A DNA stretch of 64,000 nt from Pocillopora damicornis. Taxonomy: Eukaryota. The notes below the pieces were generated by a model that ran no database searches, was not told the origin of the DNA, and saw only the letters and a list, made by a program, of their open reading frames with translations. The stretch covers positions 124,001-188,000 of the forward strand of contig NW_020845317.1 in the NCBI RefSeq assembly GCF_003704095.1, read 5' to 3'. Positions 59,881 to 64,000 of the stretch are shown here, in pieces. Each line of letters begins with the position of its first letter. Position 1 is the first letter of the stretch. Made by a program: the position numbers and the translations under genes.

Positions 59881-61194
59881 ATGCACAAGAAAAACAGTCT
59901 GCACAGAAATACAAGCTCCATGCGGATTGCTCGAGCAGCCCAGGTGCGTCTAGACGAGATAAGCGACAAAATAGAGCGAGACAAACAGAAAAGCATCAAA
60001 TCAAATTATCATGAGAAAGTTAAAATATGGAATGAGCTCAAATCGATTCATCGCGTGTTCGAACCACTCTACGTTATCAAAGAAAATCAAGCAAAACTTG
60101 CAAGAAACCAGCCTGATCTCTCAAAACTGGACTCAAAAAATCGTGCGCATGAAAGCGATGGGATGCGAAAAGATGGGACTGTGTCTTTAAAATACCAGCC
60201 TAGATTGTTGCAAAGAGCTGAAACTCAGAGTAACGTGACAAAACCAAGACGAAGACATACTGAACCCAAAATAGAAGCATTGGAGGGATGGAAAGCCAAA
60301 CCCGTTAACTCCACGAGTCAGGATACTGCAGCGGGTTCCACGCAGTTTAAGTGGAGGTCGCAGAGTTGGTCTTTCCAAGGGTCGTCGAAAATCGAGGCAG
60401 AATGCCCACGTTTGGCACTACCTCAGAGAACCGAGAGAGAACACAATTCCAAACTCCGCAGCGCTTCAGAGGAGCCTCGCATTTCTAACTCAATGTGCAC
60501 AATCGCATTGGGATATATGGCTTTCAAACGCGTTTTGAAAAACAAGAAATTGTCCCAAGGATTGGAACCCAAAGTTGTTGATTCCAGATTCAGGTCGATG
60601 TCAATGCATGAGACAGAACTCAGTGCAAACTCGCGGCTGGTCATGCCTGAACACTCAGAGGCAATTAATGAAAAAGAGGACACTTTGAAATTACTATTTC
60701 CAGCCACAGAGAAAACTGTTAATCCACACTTAATTAAAAAAGATAACAATGGGCGAAAACCCAATTCTAAAAGGCGTGCTTCGACTTGCGTCAACAATAG
60801 ACGACAACTTATTTCATCGCTATCCTGGCCGTTAGGCGAGTTACCTGTGAACCCTACAGGAGTGCAGAAAAGCTTATTAAGCCCTGATCATATTCCAAAT
60901 GCACACAGCCCAAATGTCTCTCGCTCACGCTCTGAGATGTCTGTCAGAAGTTTGCCACAAGCATTGAAAACGGAACGAGTTAAAACGGGGAAAGCTTCTG
61001 GCTCAACTGAACAGGAGCACTCAAGCGAGAGTGACGAAGAAATCAAGTTCGGAACATTTCATGAATATTTTGGTGAAAAACCCATGCATAGCTGGCTGAA
61101 GAAACCGCTTAAACGAGGGTCAAAATTGCTAAAACCAGTGGGAAGTGGTTGTTTTAGTGAAAGTTTTCAGGCTTTAACTCACAGCAAAACATGA
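59881..61194 (+). CDS. Uncharacterised basic disordered protein (437 aa) with CCDC190-like N-terminal helix
   Basis: 1.3-kb ATG ORF; ARAAQVRLDEISDKIERDKQKSIKSNYHEKVKIWNELKSI helix; many RxxS sites. Confidence 0.85.
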   Translation: MHKKNSLHRNTSSMRIARAAQVRLDEISDKIERDKQKSIKSNYHEKVKIWNELKSIHRVFEPLYVIKENQAKLARNQPDLSKLDSKNRAHESDGMRKDGTVSLKYQPRLLQRAETQSNVTKPRRRHTEPKIEALEGWKAKPVNSTSQDTAAGSTQFKWRSQSWSFQGSSKIEAECPRLALPQRTEREHNSKLRSASEEPRISNSMCTIALGYMAFKRVLKNKKLSQGLEPKVVDSRFRSMSMHETELSANSRLVMPEHSEAINEKEDTLKLLFPATEKTVNPHLIKKDNNGRKPNSKRRASTCVNNRRQLISSLSWPLGELPVNPTGVQKSLLSPDHIPNAHSPNVSRSRSEMSVRSLPQALKTERVKTGKASGSTEQEHSSESDEEIKFGTFHEYFGEKPMHSWLKKPLKRGSKLLKPVGSGCFSESFQALTHSKT

Positions 61195-61442
61195 AATATT
61201 GTTTTTCGTTTTTGTCGCAGTGGTAATGGACTTGAAAGGTGTACAGATAAAAAATATCCTCTGTTATACAATAAATGCTTAAGAAAGATACTAAATAGAG
61301 ATTTTCTTAACCCAGGATTGGGGCAACTCTGAATAAATGATAAAAACCAGTTACTAACAACAAAACACTAAAAATACCCGGAAACGTCGAAGTGTCTAAA
61401 ATCTGGCATTAGCCACCTTCACTTCGGTAACTAGCTGATATA

Positions 61443-61462
61443 CAAACACACACACGCACACA
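61443..61462 (+). repeat. (CA)n microsatellite next to gap
   Basis: caaacacacacacgcacaca. Confidence 0.7.
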
Positions 61463-61562
61463 NNNNNNNNNNNNNNNNNNNNNNNNNNNNNNNNNNNNNN
61501 NNNNNNNNNNNNNNNNNNNNNNNNNNNNNNNNNNNNNNNNNNNNNNNNNNNNNNNNNNNNNN

Positions 61563-62972
61563 GTAAGCCATTTGAAAGCAATACACACGCACAGTCTCAT
61601 CGCGTGGAAGATCCTGCACGCATACGTGCACTGAGTGGAGAGTGGGTGCTAAGCAACGCCGATAACAACTGGTTTAATACTTCTTACCAAGATATTAGCA
61701 AGAGAAATGAAACAATAAGAATGTTAATTTGTAACCTTATTGTGCCCCTGAGAGAAGAAACAAAAGTGTAGGAAATACTCCAATACACTGGTGGCCGTTG
61801 TTGTTTGTGTTGTCTAGAATTACCCCTTAAAAGGTCTCGAGTTAAAAGCACCACGGCATCGAAAGACACTTTAGACAAGACTGTAAGTCTGGGATTGAAC
61901 AAAATTTGAGAGTGAGTCGAAGAAGGTGATTAATATAATTTGGAAAAGGGTTATTCCGGAAGATTAAAAGCACAGCAAAATTTGAACGCTTTGAAAAAAC
62001 TACAGACCTCTATAGAGCTGGAAACTAAAGCTACTAAAAAATTTAAGAAGTAAAACTGTGCACGGAAACAAAATATTTCTACCAATAAATATTTTATTAT
62101 CAACTGAAAGATGGCGACTTTGTAGTATGACAAGCCGACTTCAGTCATCATTCGGACGCATTCATTACGCTAAATATAGACGATTTATTTTGGACTTAAA
62201 AGTTAAGTGGTACAAGGAGAAATCTTATAACTGTTACACTTCGTCAACTCGGAACTATTACATGCCATGAAAGCGGGTACATTACTAGTAAAGTTGCATT
62301 TAAGAGATCAATATTGCACAAAAAGGAATAAATAGTTTCCTTCCTCCAGTTTCTTATTTGCTATTCAATACCGCAACCCCCTGCCGGGTTATATTTCAAT
62401 TTTGGGAGCAAACATTTTCTTGTTTGATGTATTTCAATGTAGTCACGACTGAAAGCTTTTGTATATGGCGCATGAAAGTAATACTTTCAAGTTTCCGAGA
62501 CCTCTTCAATCGAGTGGAGAAGAATCAACAAGATATAAAATCAATTAAAAACAACTGAACGATGACGTATTTGAAATAATTCTTCCACCAGATTGCCATA
62601 GTCTTTTTCTTCATAACAAAGTGATATTTTCCAAGTGTTTTGAAACGAAAAAATTACGTGATCGATTCTAACGTGAATGTGCTCAGTGTAAAAGGCTAAA
62701 CAGGCGCAAACAAACGACTTTTTTGTTTATTTTAGATTAGGAAATGCATTAGACTAAACGTCATTATATTTGCGCTCTTGGTGGGTAATTTTCGCACAAG
62801 AAATGTGTTTTGCACCCAATTAAAACAGGCCGTTCTGTCACCCACTCTGCGCAAATTTTGTGTTATACGGAGAACACGATTTGAGCTTCGAGTTTTTGTG
62901 ATCTCTTAGTACAACATTTCGATCTCATTAACACTCCTATCGGCCTAAGCTCAAACAACATTAAAAATACAG
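61563..62972 (-). repeat. Inverted duplication, copy B (truncated by N-gap)
   Basis: gtaagccatttgaaagcaatac...aaaatacag mirrors 56523-57943. Confidence 0.95.
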
Positions 62973-64000
62973 TTAAAAAAAACATTTTTTTCTATAAAGC
63001 AATGGAATTATCTAGCAACCTTTGTGGTATTGCAGGTGTAGAGTTAAAGAATCCCCAATGAAAGGGTTTCCAAATCTTCACAAAAATAGTGGATTAATTA
63101 GAGGAAGGAAGTGTGTGTGTGGAAAGTGTAGAATGTGTAAAATGATGAAAAATAAAAATGTTAGTTGTTAAATAGAGCACGTACCATTAGGCAGTGCAAA
63201 AATATAATGATCAGTTGATGAAAAGCGCTAACGTTGAGGGACCAACAAACTGCAAGGCAGCTACGTCAACCTCAAGGCAGCATCAAAATAAATTTGAAAT
63301 CATTAGTTCTTAAATTGTGTACTATAGAATATTAACGCCCCCATTTCAACCAATCAGATCCAATTCAAAACATATTTTCGCTTAGTCGCATTACAGCGGT
63401 CAAACGGCTGCGCATGTAGTTGTAGAAGCTAGGTAGCTTTCTTTCAGGCTTTCAATACCAAGTTGTCTTTTAAGAGTAACAGTGGCTGTTTCTTAAGTTT
63501 TCTTTTGTAAGAGAGTGTTTTCATGTGATAAAGTTTGACTAATTATTGTACATGAATATCAATATCTTAATTTTCTTTGGCTCTAATATTAAGGTGTGGT
63601 TTAATCATTGACTTTGTGAAGCGCAATTGGAAATTTATATTGATAATGGTGCTATTTAAGTCAATAACTCATTTAATATAAGGTTATGTTCTTCCATCTG
63701 GCAATAGTTTTTATACAATACAATACAATTATTTCACTGGTTTTTTTCCCAATTGGGGTTTCCAGAACTAATTAACATCAATGTCAGTTCACTCATTTGC
63801 TAAAAATTCGTTTACAATTATTACGATACAATTTCCGAAATTGTTAAAAAATAACACATTCGAATAATTATTAAATAAATTGATCCAATACCACATTTTC
63901 CAAACCAACGTCATCTTTACAAGCGCTTCGGAATATCCATCATAAATAATTATCGCTTTCGGTTTTTGCATCATAGCGAGAATTATCAAGGCCTTTGGCA

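Noticed and set aside
1-64000. CRISPR arrays, prokaryotic operons, rRNA, autonomous transposase or RT ORFs
   Set aside because: None seen; the window is intron-containing animal DNA and the repeats are non-autonomous.

Overview
Eukaryotic (animal) genomic DNA, AT-rich, with six N-gaps. The short interspersed repeats resemble families I recall from scleractinian corals (Pocilloporidae-like); this taxon call is inference, not a search result. The left part (3.4-16 kb) is CpG-poor and holds three genes. AIDA (minus strand) has 8 exons reconstructed; the C-terminal exons are missing at an assembly gap. A single-coding-exon 567-aa protein with ~38-aa helical repeats (OPR/FASTK-like, predicted mitochondrial, no RAP domain seen) lies head-to-head with AIDA. 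A complete 8-exon GALM (aldose 1-epimerase, minus strand) converges on it. The right part (19-62 kb) has normal CpG content and holds about seven uninterrupted ORFs for basic, disordered proteins plus several decayed ORFs. Three of these proteins share a CCDC190-like N-terminal helix, and two others share a separate three-motif signature. RFX X-box-like sites are scattered among them. Repeats include TTAA-flanked MITEs, a Kolobok-like element, a tRNA-derived SINE, palindromic elements carrying degenerate minimal hammerhead ribozymes, and a 1.4-kb inverted duplication. All homology calls come from my own reading and recall; no database searches were run.
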